A stretch of 64,000 nucleotides of DNA, from contig CBFGJX010000012.1 in the NCBI GenBank assembly GCA_965649225.1, positions 1-64,000 on the forward strand, given 5' to 3'. Positions 26,771 through 36,894 of the stretch are shown piece by piece. The position numbers and the translations under genes are program-made. Origin of the DNA: a candidate division WOR-3 bacterium (lineage in GTDB: Bacteria; Hydrothermota; Tepidihabitantia; Tepidihabitantales; Tepidihabitantaceae). The notes below the pieces were generated by a model, which saw nothing but the letters and a program-made list of their open reading frames with translations, searched no databases and was not told where the DNA came from. Position 1 is the first letter of the stretch. Every line of letters starts with the position of its first letter.

Positions 26771-27982
26771 CTAACGGGCCAGGGTCAGCTTGGCCGTGTG
26801 GCTGCTTTCGGCCGAACGGACATGCAGTAGATAGACACCGTTGTGCTGAAGCTGACCGGCGTTGTTGCAGCCGTCCCAGTTGAGCATGGAGGTTGGGGCT
26901 GTCTTGCCTGTCCAGAGGGTGCGGACGAGGTTGCCGGCGGCGTCGTAGATGGAGACCTCAACCGGACCGCGGAGGCCGGGACCCAAGGCAATCCGGGTGC
27001 CGGTCCGGAACGGGTTGGGGAAGATGCGCTGGATCGCCGGCGCCGGCGTGCGCTGGTTTTCGGCGATGCCGAGCAGACGGGTGCGCAGCGCGGCAGCTGA
27101 GTCGCAGTTCATCAGAAAGTCGGCGCGATTGATGCCGCCGAGCAAGGCGAAGTCGATACGCTGTGAGCCGCCGGCCGGCAGGTCAAACGGTCCCCAGGCG
27201 GCGACCGCCGACCAGTCGTATTCACGGTTGGACTGGCGCAGGCCATAAGTGCCGTTCAGAAAGCGGTACTTGATTCCCTCGCTGACGCCGGAATCGGGAT
27301 AGACATAGATTTCGTGGTCAACCAGTGCCAGGTTGGAGAAGCCGTCGGGCGAGAGAATCTGGATGCCGACAGTCGGGTACTGGGCCGACTGGTTGGGTGA
27401 CATCCAGACTGCCCGTCGGACGGTATCGGTGCCGCCGAAGTTGGCGTTGGCGGTAGCGATGTCGAAGTCGCACCAGATGCCGATGTACAGGCCGTTGACC
27501 GGCTCGCTGCCGGGGTTACGGACTTCATAGAAGAAGAGCACGAAGTCCTTGTAACCGGAGTCGGGCGCAGCAACCGTGTACTGGGAAAGCTGCAGGCCTT
27601 TGGGCGAGGGGTGGCCGGCATCGCTCATCAGGCAGCTGTATTCCTGCAGGTTGTAACTGCTGACCCGCTGGAGGGATTCGACCGTCGCGAAGTCGGGATC
27701 GGCAGCGCCTTCGGTGTTGAAGAACCGGTCAACGATGTAGTTGGTGTCGTTGCCGACCAGCACCGCTCCGTGGTAGAGCAGCGCCGGGCCGGTTTTGGGG
27801 TATTTCATTCCGTTGCCGATTGAATTGACATCGACATAGCCGATGCCACCGACACTGGTGACCGAGAGCAGGACCAGACCGGTATCGTGATTGGCCCACA
27901 GACCGCTGAGGGCGACCGGGGCGGCCCCGGCCGCGGCAACGGCGAGGGAACTGGCAACGGCGATCAGGACAACGGTTCTCAT
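26771..27982 (-). CDS. Secreted protein with FlgD-Ig/T9SS-like C-terminal domain
   Basis: Signal peptide; C-term IFPNPF...IYDAAGNLVRTL..WDGCNNAG...GVYLL; SD AAGGAGG. Confidence 0.8.
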   Translation of the reverse strand: MRTVVLIAVASSLAVAAAGAAPVALSGLWANHDTGLVLLSVTSVGGIGYVDVNSIGNGMKYPKTGPALLYHGAVLVGNDTNYIVDRFFNTEGAADPDFATVESLQRVSSYNLQEYSCLMSDAGHPSPKGLQLSQYTVAAPDSGYKDFVLFFYEVRNPGSEPVNGLYIGIWCDFDIATANANFGGTDTVRRAVWMSPNQSAQYPTVGIQILSPDGFSNLALVDHEIYVYPDSGVSEGIKYRFLNGTYGLRQSNREYDWSAVAAWGPFDLPAGGSQRIDFALLGGINRADFLMNCDSAAALRTRLLGIAENQRTPAPAIQRIFPNPFRTGTRIALGPGLRGPVEVSIYDAAGNLVRTLWTGKTAPTSMLNWDGCNNAGQLQHNGVYLLHVRSAESSHTAKLTLAR

Positions 27983-28013
27983 TCTGCCTCCTTTGGCATT
28001 TGATTATTGAAGT

Positions 28014-28041
28014 ATCGTAACTGCTGACGGGCGGTCGTCAA
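28014..28041 (-). promoter_or_regulatory. sigma70-like promoter for secreted protein
   Basis: Minus strand TTGACG-16-TACGAT. Confidence 0.65.
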
Positions 28042-28055
28042 TCTCCGTTCCAGGC

Positions 28056-28083
28056 TTGTCGGGCCGGGAGGAAGTGGTATGCT
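28056..28083 (+). promoter_or_regulatory. sigma70-like promoter for ECF sigma (leaderless)
   Basis: TTGTCG-16-TATGCT with extended TG; ATG 28090 6 nt downstream. Confidence 0.55.
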
Positions 28084-28089
28084 GGATTG

Positions 28090-28689
28090 ATGGAGCCGCC
28101 GAAATCCGCCGGTACGCCGGGCAACCCGCTGCCGCCGCCGCCGTCTAAACCAGACGAACCTGTGGTGAACGAAGCAGTCCTGCCGGCGGAAACCTGTCGT
28201 TCCGACCTGGAGTCGGAGTTCGAGGCGCTTTACCGTGCTTACCGGGGCAAGGTATTTTCGACTGCGTGCCGGATGGTTTCGAATCGTGCCGATGCCGAGG
28301 ACATAACTCAGGAAGTCTTTATCAAGGTTTTCCGGAAGCTGCATGATTTTCGTGGTGATGCCAAGGTTTCGACCTGGATTTACCGGATCACAGTCAATGC
28401 CTGCCTCGATTTCCGACGTCGGCGTCGGCGCCGCGAGGCCGTGTCACTGGACGACACACTGGAAGCTGGTTCGGTGCCGATGAGTGTCGGACGGTTGATT
28501 GAAAATGCGGTACCGGATTTGCCGCCGGGCTGCCGTGAGGTATTCGTGTTGCACGACATTCAGGGTTTGAAGCATAACGAAATCGCCGAGGTGCTCGGGA
28601 TCAGCGAGGGTGCCAGCAAGTCGCAACTGCATCGAGCCCGGGCTCACCTTCGGCGCAAACTGGAACCTTTTATTGACCGGGTGCGCTAG
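28090..28689 (+). CDS. ECF RNA polymerase sigma factor
   Basis: DAEDITQEVFIK, STWIYRITVNACLD, LPPGCREVFVLHDIQGL..EIAEVLGISEGASKSQLHRAR. Confidence 0.93.
   Translation: MEPPKSAGTPGNPLPPPPSKPDEPVVNEAVLPAETCRSDLESEFEALYRAYRGKVFSTACRMVSNRADAEDITQEVFIKVFRKLHDFRGDAKVSTWIYRITVNACLDFRRRRRRREAVSLDDTLEAGSVPMSVGRLIENAVPDLPPGCREVFVLHDIQGLKHNEIAEVLGISEGASKSQLHRARAHLRRKLEPFIDRVR
28120..28148 (+). promoter_or_regulatory. Putative ECF autoregulatory promoter
   Basis: GGCAACC-N16-GTCTAA, upstream of in-frame GTG 28162/28165. Confidence 0.55.
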
Positions 28690-28704
28690 ACGAAAGGTAA
28701 TTGA

Positions 28705-29229
28705 ATGAAACATCCCAGTGATGAAGAATTGAGCGCGGCGCTGGAAAACGAGCCGGCACCGGGCGTCGCCGAGCACGTTGGCGAGTGCCGGCAGTGCCAG
28801 GTGATTCTGGAGCAGCTGCGCCTTCTGCGGGCGGCAGCAAACAGCCTTGAGCCAATCGAACCACCAGCTTCGCTTGATGCCGCCGTGCGGCGCGCGGTCA
28901 GCCGCGTGCCGTTCCGACATCCGGGCTGGCTGCGCTGGGCATGGGCCCCGGCAGCGGTGGCAGTGCTGGTTGTTGTTGCGCTGCTGATCGGTCGGTGGGA
29001 AAAGCCGGAGTCGGTCCGGACCGCAGCACGACCAGCGGTTCCTGCCGGACAGGCCGAACTGGTGGCGGCGGATATCGAGGCTTATCTTGCCGGCCTGGAT
29101 CAGGCGGTTGAGGAGTGCGCCCGGGCGCTGGCCGAGAACCCGGGCAATGACCGGGTACGCGCGGCTTGGACTGCAGCCCGCACCAGTCGCAGCGAGGCAT
29201 ACGACCGGTTTGTCTCGTGGGGGGATTGA
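28705..29229 (+). CDS. Zinc-finger (ZAS) transmembrane anti-sigma factor
   Basis: H..DEELSA...HVGECRQC (HxxxCxxC), one TM, periplasmic helical tail. Confidence 0.85.
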   Translation: MKHPSDEELSAALENEPAPGVAEHVGECRQCQVILEQLRLLRAAANSLEPIEPPASLDAAVRRAVSRVPFRHPGWLRWAWAPAAVAVLVVVALLIGRWEKPESVRTAARPAVPAGQAELVAADIEAYLAGLDQAVEECARALAENPGNDRVRAAWTAARTSRSEAYDRFVSWGD

Positions 29230-30191
29230 TGCGGGCGCTGGTGTGTTTTCTGTCGGCGGTTGTGGCAGTTTCCGCCCGGGCCGCGGTGGTGAGCCGGACG
29301 ATCGAACGCTGGTTGCCGGCGACGACCGCGGTTGCAGTCGTTCACCGTTACGGCGATGTCAACGTGACCGGGGCGGAAATCGACAGTATCAGGGTAACGG
29401 CGCTGGTTCGGGTCGCGGCGGGTGATAATGCCACGGCGAAGCTTTTTGCGGACCAGGTCAGGCTTGCCGGCGTTACAAACGGTGATTCCACCGTTGTGCG
29501 GGTGGTGTGGCCGCCGGTGAAGGTGCGTGATTCCGGACTGGCCTATGCCGCCGAGATTGCGGTGACTGTTCCGGCAAGAACCGGCGTGGTGGTGAGTAAT
29601 GCCTTTGGTGATGTCCGGGCTGAGGGTGTTGACGGCCGGGTGCGGTTGGAGAACCGTTACGGTGACATTGAGGCTGTGCGGCTGAACGACTGTGCGATTG
29701 CCAGTCGCTACGGCCGAGTCCGGGTCGAGGGTAACCGGGGCCGACTGGCGGTCAACAGCAGTTTTGGCGATGTTCGACTGATCGGTGGCGACGATACGGT
29801 CACGGTCGACAATCGCTACGGTTCAGTCGAAGTCCGGGGCAGCAGATCTCATGCCCAGGTTGCCAACCGCTGGGGCGGGGTACTGGTGGTTCCCCACGGT
29901 GGCGCGGTGCGGGTTGACAATCACTACGGCGACGTTGAGGCCGAGATAAGCCGGGCCGAAGTCGCAACACTGGAGCTTGCGGCGCTGGCTGGTGACGTGC
30001 GGCTGATGCTGGCCCGAAGTCTGCCCTTTTCGCTGCACGGGGTGTCTGAGAACGGAACAGCCCGGGTTGATCGGCCGTTGGCGATTGATGGCCAGGGTTC
30101 GCACCGGGTCGTCAGTGGGCGGCTGGGTGACGGCGGGCCGCTGATTGAGGTCCGGGCAGTGGGAGGCGACATTGAGGTGGACCGGCGGTGA
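29229..30191 (+). CDS. DUF4097-like beta-repeat secreted protein
   Basis: Signal peptide; repeated N/S-x-F/Y-G-D/S-V/I units; ATG overlaps anti-sigma stop. Confidence 0.75.
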   Translation: MRALVCFLSAVVAVSARAAVVSRTIERWLPATTAVAVVHRYGDVNVTGAEIDSIRVTALVRVAAGDNATAKLFADQVRLAGVTNGDSTVVRVVWPPVKVRDSGLAYAAEIAVTVPARTGVVVSNAFGDVRAEGVDGRVRLENRYGDIEAVRLNDCAIASRYGRVRVEGNRGRLAVNSSFGDVRLIGGDDTVTVDNRYGSVEVRGSRSHAQVANRWGGVLVVPHGGAVRVDNHYGDVEAEISRAEVATLELAALAGDVRLMLARSLPFSLHGVSENGTARVDRPLAIDGQGSHRVVSGRLGDGGPLIEVRAVGGDIEVDRR

Positions 30192-30234
30192 CGCCGCTGC
30201 CGAGCGGGAAAAGGGCAGTGATGTGTGAGGTGAG

Positions 30235-30819
30235 ATGATGATGAACAGAATAATCCTGGCCGGAGCGGTACTGGCTGCAACCGCGGTTGCGGTCCCGGCT
30301 GACAGCGTTCCGACGGAACAGATTGGCTGGCTTGGAGTTCATACCGAGACGCTCACCGAACCGATGCTGGTAGCGCTGGATATCGAACACGGGGTCATTG
30401 TCACGGACGTGATGGAGGGTTCGCCGGCCGCCGCGGCGGGAATCAAAGTCGGTGATGTGCTGATGAGGATCGACGAGGAGCAGATCAGCAGCAGCAGTGA
30501 GCTGCGGGCGGCGGTGCGGTCACGGCCGGGCCGGTCGGTGAGAATCTCTCTCCGGCGCCGCGGTCGGGAGCGGGTGGTGAATCTGAAACTGGGTCAACGG
30601 AGCCGGGCCGAGGTGATGACCGAGGCCGGGTTCGACTGGCCCGGGGTATCGCTGGAAGCAATGCGCAGCGCCCGACAGCTGCTCAGGGATGCTGGTTCCA
30701 GCGCAACGACACTGGGGCTGGCGGCATCGGCCGAAGTGCTGGATTCGCTGCGTGCCGAGCTGGAGGAGGTACGGGCGGAATTGCGGGAGCTTCGGCGCCG
30801 CCTGGGCGAGGACAAGTAG
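30235..30819 (+). CDS. Secreted single-PDZ protein with C-terminal coiled coil
   Basis: GWLGV, GVIVTDV..GSPAAAAGIKVGDVL..ID; LRAELEEVRAELRELRRRL; no protease domain. Confidence 0.82.
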   Translation: MMMNRIILAGAVLAATAVAVPADSVPTEQIGWLGVHTETLTEPMLVALDIEHGVIVTDVMEGSPAAAAGIKVGDVLMRIDEEQISSSSELRAAVRSRPGRSVRISLRRRGRERVVNLKLGQRSRAEVMTEAGFDWPGVSLEAMRSARQLLRDAGSSATTLGLAASAEVLDSLRAELEEVRAELRELRRRLGEDK

Positions 30820-30859
30820 AGTTCAGACCAGCCGGTTTTTTCGCAACGGTGCCGCCGGT

Positions 30860-30887
30860 TTGACCGGCGGCATCGTTCGGCTAGAGT
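30860..30887 (+). promoter_or_regulatory. sigma70-like promoter (leaderless GT4 gene)
   Basis: TTGACC-16-TAGAGT, ATG 7 nt downstream. Confidence 0.65.
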
Positions 30888-30894
30888 GTCGGGC

Positions 30895-32061
30895 ATGACC
30901 GAGCGGCTGAAGGTGGCCGTTGTCACCGACGCTTTTCCGCCCGCAGTGGGCGGAGTGGAGAATCACACCCTCAATCTGGCACGGGGCCTGGTGCGGTCGG
31001 GCTGTGAAGTGACCGTGATTACCCATCAGATTGCCGGGAAGTGGCGTTTCAAGAACAGCGGCGAGGACGGGCGTGATGGTTTCCGACTTGTCCGGCTGGA
31101 TGGGGCGGTGCTGGTGTATCGGGACCACGATATCGCCGTTGACCCGCGGCTGGTGTTACGCTGCCGACGGCTGCTGCAGCAGGAACGATTCGATATCGTT
31201 CACGGCCAGGGTGAAGCTTCGCTGCTGGTCTATGGCGCGCTGTTGCTGGCTCGTCAGCAGGGTATCCCGACGGTTCTCACCCGGCATTCGTTGTTGCGGC
31301 TGAAGCCGCCGGCAGCGCGGCCGCTGGTGAATTTGCTGACCCGGCTGCTGCTGCCGCTGGCTGATGGGGTTATCAGTGTCAGTGATGACTGTGCTGAAGA
31401 GACGGCCTGGTTTGGAAAGCCGCAGACGGTGATACCAAACGGGGTTGACCTGGAACTTTTCCGGCCTGCGGCCGATACCAGAGTAGCCGAGCGGAGACGT
31501 CTCGGTCTGGATCCAGATTCGGTTGTCATCGGCTATGTTGGACGACTGCACCGGCGCAAGGGTGTTGGCGAGCTGGCTGATCTTGCCCAAAGGCTGAGGG
31601 TTGAAATGCCGCAGGTTCGGCTGGTGGTTGCCGGCCCCGGTCCGTTACGAAGACAGCTCGAACAGAAAGCTGACAGCGACAACGGGATTATCGTGCTTGA
31701 CCCGGTTGATGAGGCCGGGGTCGCACGATTGCTGTCGGCGCTGGATGTATTTGTCTGTCTCAGTGCTGGCGAGTCTTTCGGTCTGGCAGTGCTGGAGGCG
31801 ATGGCCAGCGGCCTGCCCGTGGTTGCACTGCGACGCTGGGGGGTGCGTCGGCTGGTACAGGACGGGGTGACCGGCTGGCTGGTTCGGGATTATGCTGAGG
31901 CCCGAACACGACTGGCGGCGTTGTGTGCCGATGCCGGCCTGCGCCGGGCGATGGGCAGTGCGGGACGGAGAGCAGCTTTGCAGTACGGATGGGATACCGT
32001 GATTGACAGGACGAAGGCGTTCTATCGCGAGGTCGGGTTGGCGGCGCAACATACTGATTAG
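30895..32061 (+). CDS. Glycosyltransferase family 4
   Basis: FPPAVGGVE, IPNGVD, YVGRL..RKG, ESFGLAVLEAMASGLPVV. Confidence 0.92.
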   Translation: MTERLKVAVVTDAFPPAVGGVENHTLNLARGLVRSGCEVTVITHQIAGKWRFKNSGEDGRDGFRLVRLDGAVLVYRDHDIAVDPRLVLRCRRLLQQERFDIVHGQGEASLLVYGALLLARQQGIPTVLTRHSLLRLKPPAARPLVNLLTRLLLPLADGVISVSDDCAEETAWFGKPQTVIPNGVDLELFRPAADTRVAERRRLGLDPDSVVIGYVGRLHRRKGVGELADLAQRLRVEMPQVRLVVAGPGPLRRQLEQKADSDNGIIVLDPVDEAGVARLLSALDVFVCLSAGESFGLAVLEAMASGLPVVALRRWGVRRLVQDGVTGWLVRDYAEARTRLAALCADAGLRRAMGSAGRRAALQYGWDTVIDRTKAFYREVGLAAQHTD

Positions 32062-32150
32062 TTATAAGTTAGGCGACGAGACCATCAATCCACCGTTGCC
32101 ACGTCGGTGAATCCTGAGCCGGTTACGGCTGTCTAAGTAAAAGAGTGACA

Positions 32151-32693
32151 ATGAGTAAGCCGGACAAAAAAGGCCCGGTTACAGCTTTGACTGAACAGTT
32201 TGATGCCCTCAGTTCTGAGTGTGCCAGACTGAGGGATGCTCATGTCCGGGCACTGGCCGACTTTGATAACTATCGGCGTCGGGTGGAACGTGACCTGGAA
32301 GTCAGTCGCCGGGCAATGCTTGAGGCGCTGATGCTGGACATCGTGCCGGTAATGGACAACTTCGGTCGTGCGATTGCCGCGGCTCAGTCCGCAAGCGGGG
32401 TTGATGCAGTCGTGAAGGGACTGGAGCTGATAAGGCGTCAGCTGGCCGAAGCACTGGCTCGGCACGGCCTCTGCGAGTATTCGTGCCTTGGTGCCGAGTT
32501 TGACCCGCGCCGGGCCGAAGCGATTGGTTTTGTCGAATCGGACCAGCATCAGCCAAACACGGTGGTCGAGGAGGAATGCCCGGGCTATTCCTGTGGGGAC
32601 CGGGTGTTGCGGCCGGCACGGGTGGTCGTTACCCGTGCGCTGGCAAAGAATGAAAAGTCGGTGACTGAAGGGGATGAGCAGAAAAAGAATTAG
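32151..32693 (+). CDS. grpE: Nucleotide exchange factor GrpE
   Basis: RALADFDNYRRR, VPVMDNFGRA, FDP..AEA, GY...DRVLRPARVVV. Confidence 0.93.
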   Translation: MSKPDKKGPVTALTEQFDALSSECARLRDAHVRALADFDNYRRRVERDLEVSRRAMLEALMLDIVPVMDNFGRAIAAAQSASGVDAVVKGLELIRRQLAEALARHGLCEYSCLGAEFDPRRAEAIGFVESDQHQPNTVVEEECPGYSCGDRVLRPARVVVTRALAKNEKSVTEGDEQKKN

Positions 32694-32739
32694 TCGGGCG
32701 TGCGGCACGAGATGCCCCGTCAGGCAAAGGAGGATGTGA

Positions 32740-34635
32740 ATGGCCAAGGTTATTGGTATTGATCTGGGTACGACCTTTTCCTGCGTCGCGGTAATGGAAC
32801 GCGGTCAGCCGGTCGTTATCCCCAACCCGGAGGGCGGGCGGACGACACCGTCGGTGGTTGCTTTCGGCAAGGAAAGACTGGTCGGCACGCTGGCAAAGCG
32901 CCAAGCGGTAATCAACCCGGAAACAACGATCTACTCTATCAAGCGCTTCATGGGTCGACGTTACGATGAAGCGACGGAAGAAATCAAGCGGGTTCCGTTC
33001 CGCGTCGTCCCTTCGGCAAATGGCGACGCCTGGGTTGAAGTTGAAGGAAAGCAGCACTCACCGCCGGAAGTGTCGGCGATGATCCTGCAGTATCTCAAGA
33101 AGGCGGCCGAAGCCTATCTGGGCGAAGCGGTCACCAAGGCGGTGATTACCGTCCCGGCCTACTTCAATGATTCCCAGCGTCAGGCCACCAAGGATGCGGG
33201 CCGAATCGCCGGACTCGACGTGCTGCGCATCATCAACGAGCCGACAGCCGCGGCACTGGCTTACGGACTGGACAAGAAGAAGTCCGAGCGAATCGCAATC
33301 TACGACCTCGGCGGTGGTACTTTCGACATCTCGGTGCTGGAAATCGGTGAGGGTGTCTTCGAGGTGAAGTCGACCAATGGTGACACTCACCTGGGTGGTG
33401 ATGATTTCGATCAGCGGGTGATGGACTGGATCATCAGCGAGTTCCGGCGCGAACACGGTATTGACCTTTCGCAGGACAAGACCGCTCTGCAGCGGATCAA
33501 GGAAGCGGCCGAGAAGGCCAAGTGCGAGCTCTCGACGTCACTGGAGACGACGATTAATCTGCCTTTCATCTGGGCCGACAAGGACAAGGGACCGCTGCAT
33601 ATCGATTATCGACTCACCCGGGCGAAGCTCGAGTCGCTGGTGGAGGATCTGATTCAGCGTTCATTCGGGCCAGTGAAGCAGGCTCTGACCGACGCCAAGG
33701 TCACGCCGCGCGACATTGACGAGGTGATTCTGGTCGGTGGTCAAACCAGAATGCCGCGGGTACAGCAACTGGTGCGTGAATTCTTCGGCAAGGAGCCGCA
33801 CAAGGGGCTGAATCCGGACGAAGTAGTCGCAATCGGCGCAGCGATTCAGGGCGCGGTGCTGGCCGGTGAGGTCAAGGATGTGGTGCTGCTCGACGTGACG
33901 CCGCTTTCACTGGGCATTGAGACACTCGGTGGTGTGATGACCAAGATCATCGAGCGCAACACGACCATTCCGACCCGCAAGAGCCAGATTTTTACCACTG
34001 CCGAAGACAACCAGCCCGGAGTGAGCGTACATGTTCTGCAGGGCGAACGGGAGCTGGCTGCCGACAACCGGACACTGGGTCGCTTTGAACTGACCGGCAT
34101 CCCACCGGCACCGCGCGGGATTCCGCAGATTGAGGTAACGTTCGACATCGATGCTGACGGCATTCTGCACGTTACGGCAAAGGACAAGGCAACCGGCAAG
34201 GAACAGAGTATCCGTATTACGGCTTCGTCCGGTCTGTCCAAGGAAGAGGTTGACCGAATGGTCGCGGAAGCGCAGGCACACGCCTTGGAGGACCGGCGTC
34301 GACGTGAGCTTGTTGACAGCCGCAACCGTGCGGATACGCTTATCTACCAGACTGAGAAAACGCTTAAGGAGTTCGGTGACCGTGTATCGGCCGACGACCG
34401 TCGTCGGATTGATGAGGCCGTTGCGGCGCTGCGCACTGCGATGAAAGGTGAAGACAAGGCGGCGATTGATTCGGCGGTTGAAGCCCTGCAGAAGGTCAGC
34501 TACAAACTTGCCGAGGAGATGTATCGCCAGAAGGAAGCCGGCGCGCAGGCCGGAGGTGGAACAGCTGGTCCGGGGCCGGATACGGGAAAGAAGGTCGACG
34601 CCGACTATACAGTTATCGACGAAGAGAAGAAATAA
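32740..34635 (+). CDS. dnaK: Chaperone DnaK
   Basis: [49 protein letters not shown]. Confidence 0.99.
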   Translation: MAKVIGIDLGTTFSCVAVMERGQPVVIPNPEGGRTTPSVVAFGKERLVGTLAKRQAVINPETTIYSIKRFMGRRYDEATEEIKRVPFRVVPSANGDAWVEVEGKQHSPPEVSAMILQYLKKAAEAYLGEAVTKAVITVPAYFNDSQRQATKDAGRIAGLDVLRIINEPTAAALAYGLDKKKSERIAIYDLGGGTFDISVLEIGEGVFEVKSTNGDTHLGGDDFDQRVMDWIISEFRREHGIDLSQDKTALQRIKEAAEKAKCELSTSLETTINLPFIWADKDKGPLHIDYRLTRAKLESLVEDLIQRSFGPVKQALTDAKVTPRDIDEVILVGGQTRMPRVQQLVREFFGKEPHKGLNPDEVVAIGAAIQGAVLAGEVKDVVLLDVTPLSLGIETLGGVMTKIIERNTTIPTRKSQIFTTAEDNQPGVSVHVLQGERELAADNRTLGRFELTGIPPAPRGIPQIEVTFDIDADGILHVTAKDKATGKEQSIRITASSGLSKEEVDRMVAEAQAHALEDRRRRELVDSRNRADTLIYQTEKTLKEFGDRVSADDRRRIDEAVAALRTAMKGEDKAAIDSAVEALQKVSYKLAEEMYRQKEAGAQAGGGTAGPGPDTGKKVDADYTVIDEEKK

Positions 34636-34779
34636 ACGACGCAGTTCGCTGTCGAGCAACAGTGGCAGACGCCGGAGCGGTCCGGCGTCGGCTGTTGCGC
34701 TGACTTGGACGCAGGACTGCCGACTCGGTCCTGCGGCGGGGCTGCAGGTTTTGCGATCAGTTCTGAACGGTGAAAACTG

Positions 34780-35913
34780 ATGCCGGCAACGAAACGAGAC
34801 TACTATGATGTCCTGGGCGTGAGCCGTAACGCGACGGCCGACGAAATCAAGGCCGCTTACCGTCGGCTGGCCAAGGAGTATCATCCGGACCGTAACCCGA
34901 ACGACCGGGCCGGTGCCGAGGAACGGTTCAAGGAGCTCTGTGAAGCTTACGAGGTCCTGGCCGACGAGAATAAGCGACGGCTCTATGATCAGTATGGCCA
35001 CGAGGGTGTCGCACGTCAGTTTGGCCCGGGTGGGTTTGATCCTTCACGGCATTTCACACACACCGATGACCTGGGTGATCTTTTTGGAGACTTGTTCGGT
35101 GGTCTCGGTGGTGGCAGTTTCTTTGACCTGCTGTTCGGGGGCGGCAGCAGCAGCCGGGGACGGACAGTTCGGCGTGGCGGCAACATCCGCATCCGGCTTC
35201 AGCTCAGCCTGGAAGACATTGCCGAATCGGCAACAAAAGAAATCAGCTTCGGCCGCTGGGAGGCCTGCTCTGATTGCTCCGGCCGCGGTGGCAGCGGGGT
35301 AATGACCTGCCGGACCTGCGGTGGCACCGGACAGATCCGTCAGTCGGCTGGAACGGTTTTTGGTCGGTTTGTTTCGGTCGCTGATTGCCCGGACTGCGGC
35401 GGTACCGGGCGGCTCGTCCGGGAACGCTGTTCCAACTGCGGTGGCAGCGGTCGGGTAAAACGCACCCGGACATTGAAAGTGAGGATACCAGCCGGAATCA
35501 GTGCCAGTAACTACATGACGCTCGAGGGCGAGGGGCACTGGGGACCGGACGGTACCGGCTCGGTGATAGTCGAGATTGAGGAAAAACCGCATCCGCTTTT
35601 TCTGCGTCAGGGTGACGATATCGTCGTTGAATTGCCAGTGAGCTACGGTCTGGCTGCCCGGGGGGGCAGGGCAAAAGTGCCGACCCTCAAAGGCGAGCGG
35701 GAAATCGAGATTCCGGGCGGAACCCAGTCCGGCACTGTATTGCGGATGCGGGGAGCGGGAATGCCGCGGCTGGAGGGTGGTCGGGGTGACCAGCTGGTGC
35801 GGGTGGTTGTTTTCGTGCCGACTCGACTGTCACGGGAAGAAAAGCGATTGCTCGATCAGCTTGAGCGGGAACGAAGTGAGCCGGTTCCCGGGCCGAGGCG
35901 GCCGGAAGAATGA
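34780..35913 (+). CDS. dnaJ: Chaperone DnaJ
   Basis: J domain HPD, G/F region, four CxxCxGxG repeats. Confidence 0.97.
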   Translation: MPATKRDYYDVLGVSRNATADEIKAAYRRLAKEYHPDRNPNDRAGAEERFKELCEAYEVLADENKRRLYDQYGHEGVARQFGPGGFDPSRHFTHTDDLGDLFGDLFGGLGGGSFFDLLFGGGSSSRGRTVRRGGNIRIRLQLSLEDIAESATKEISFGRWEACSDCSGRGGSGVMTCRTCGGTGQIRQSAGTVFGRFVSVADCPDCGGTGRLVRERCSNCGGSGRVKRTRTLKVRIPAGISASNYMTLEGEGHWGPDGTGSVIVEIEEKPHPLFLRQGDDIVVELPVSYGLAARGGRAKVPTLKGEREIEIPGGTQSGTVLRMRGAGMPRLEGGRGDQLVRVVVFVPTRLSREEKRLLDQLERERSEPVPGPRRPEE

Positions 35914-36638
35914 CCGAGCTCTACTGCGGTAAGCCTGTCGCCGGCGGCCGGTTTGTTTTTTCGGCTGAAGAGGCACAGCATATCCGGCGGGTGATGCGGC
36001 ACCGGCGTGGAGACCGGGTGCTGGCAACTGACCTTGCCGGCAATGAATACGATGTCGAGCTGGAGACGGTTACTGCCCGCGCAGTGGAGGGCCGGGTACT
36101 GGGCAGCAGGACTGGCGGCCGGGAGCCGACGCGCCGGCTGACTTTGGCGTTGGCAGTGTTGAAGGGCGATCACTTCTACCAGGCCTGCGGTCAGGCAACC
36201 GAGCTGGGCATCAGCGAGTTTCTGCCGGTCGTGACCGAAAGAACGCTGGGGCGATACGGCCCGGGTCGGGCGGAGCGGTTGCGGCGGGTAGCGCTGGCTG
36301 CGGTCAAGTCGTCGATGCGGAGCCGGCTTCCGGAGATTCCGGACCAGGCGGTCACCCTTGACGAGCTGATTCAACGCATCTGCCGCTACGGGCAGGCGCT
36401 TTTTGCCTGGGAGGAATGCACTGGTCCGGGTCTGGCCGCTCGGCTGGACCGCGAAGTCAGGTCGCTGTTGATACTGGTCGGGCCGGAAGGTGGCTTTACC
36501 GTGCCCGAGGCAGAACGGCTGGAACGGGCGGGATTCGGCCCGTTCAGCCTGGGTTCGCGACGGCTCAGGGCTGAGACCGCCGCAGCGGCGGTGGTTGCGG
36601 TCGGCCTCGAGCTGCTCGGTGAATTGGGACCGGAGTAA
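35910..36638 (+). CDS. rsmE: 16S rRNA m3U1498 methyltransferase
   Basis: [32 protein letters not shown]. Confidence 0.92.
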   Translation: MTELYCGKPVAGGRFVFSAEEAQHIRRVMRHRRGDRVLATDLAGNEYDVELETVTARAVEGRVLGSRTGGREPTRRLTLALAVLKGDHFYQACGQATELGISEFLPVVTERTLGRYGPGRAERLRRVALAAVKSSMRSRLPEIPDQAVTLDELIQRICRYGQALFAWEECTGPGLAARLDREVRSLLILVGPEGGFTVPEAERLERAGFGPFSLGSRRLRAETAAAAVVAVGLELLGELGPE

Positions 36639-36672
36639 TTGTTTGACCAGCGAAAGGAGGTGTCAGCGCTCA

Positions 36673-36870
36673 ATGGTCGGTATTGTTGTTAAAGAGGGTG
36701 AACCCTACGAGAGCTTCATCCGCCGGTTTCGCCGTGCCTGCGAAAACGCCGGGATTCTGCGCGAGGTGAAGCGACGCGAGTACTACGAGAAGCCGAGCGA
36801 AAAGCGCAAGCGGCGTGAAGCCGAGGCGCGGCGTCGAGCTTTCCGTCGTCGCACTACAGAGAGTTACTAA
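36673..36870 (+). CDS. rpsU: 30S ribosomal protein S21
   Basis: MVGIVVKEGEPYESFIRRFRRAC..GILREVKRREYYEKPSEKRKR; SD AAAGGAGGT. Confidence 0.95.
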   Translation: MVGIVVKEGEPYESFIRRFRRACENAGILREVKRREYYEKPSEKRKRREAEARRRAFRRRTTESY

Positions 36871-36894
36871 CCGGCACGAGTCCGGGCCGAAGTC

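Noticed and set aside
26617..26773. Short plus-strand ORF with in-frame TGA codons (possible selenoprotein)
   Set aside because: No redox motif or recognisable SECIS; product looks non-coding
33907..35001. 364 aa minus-strand ORF
   Set aside because: Antisense shadow of dnaK/dnaJ
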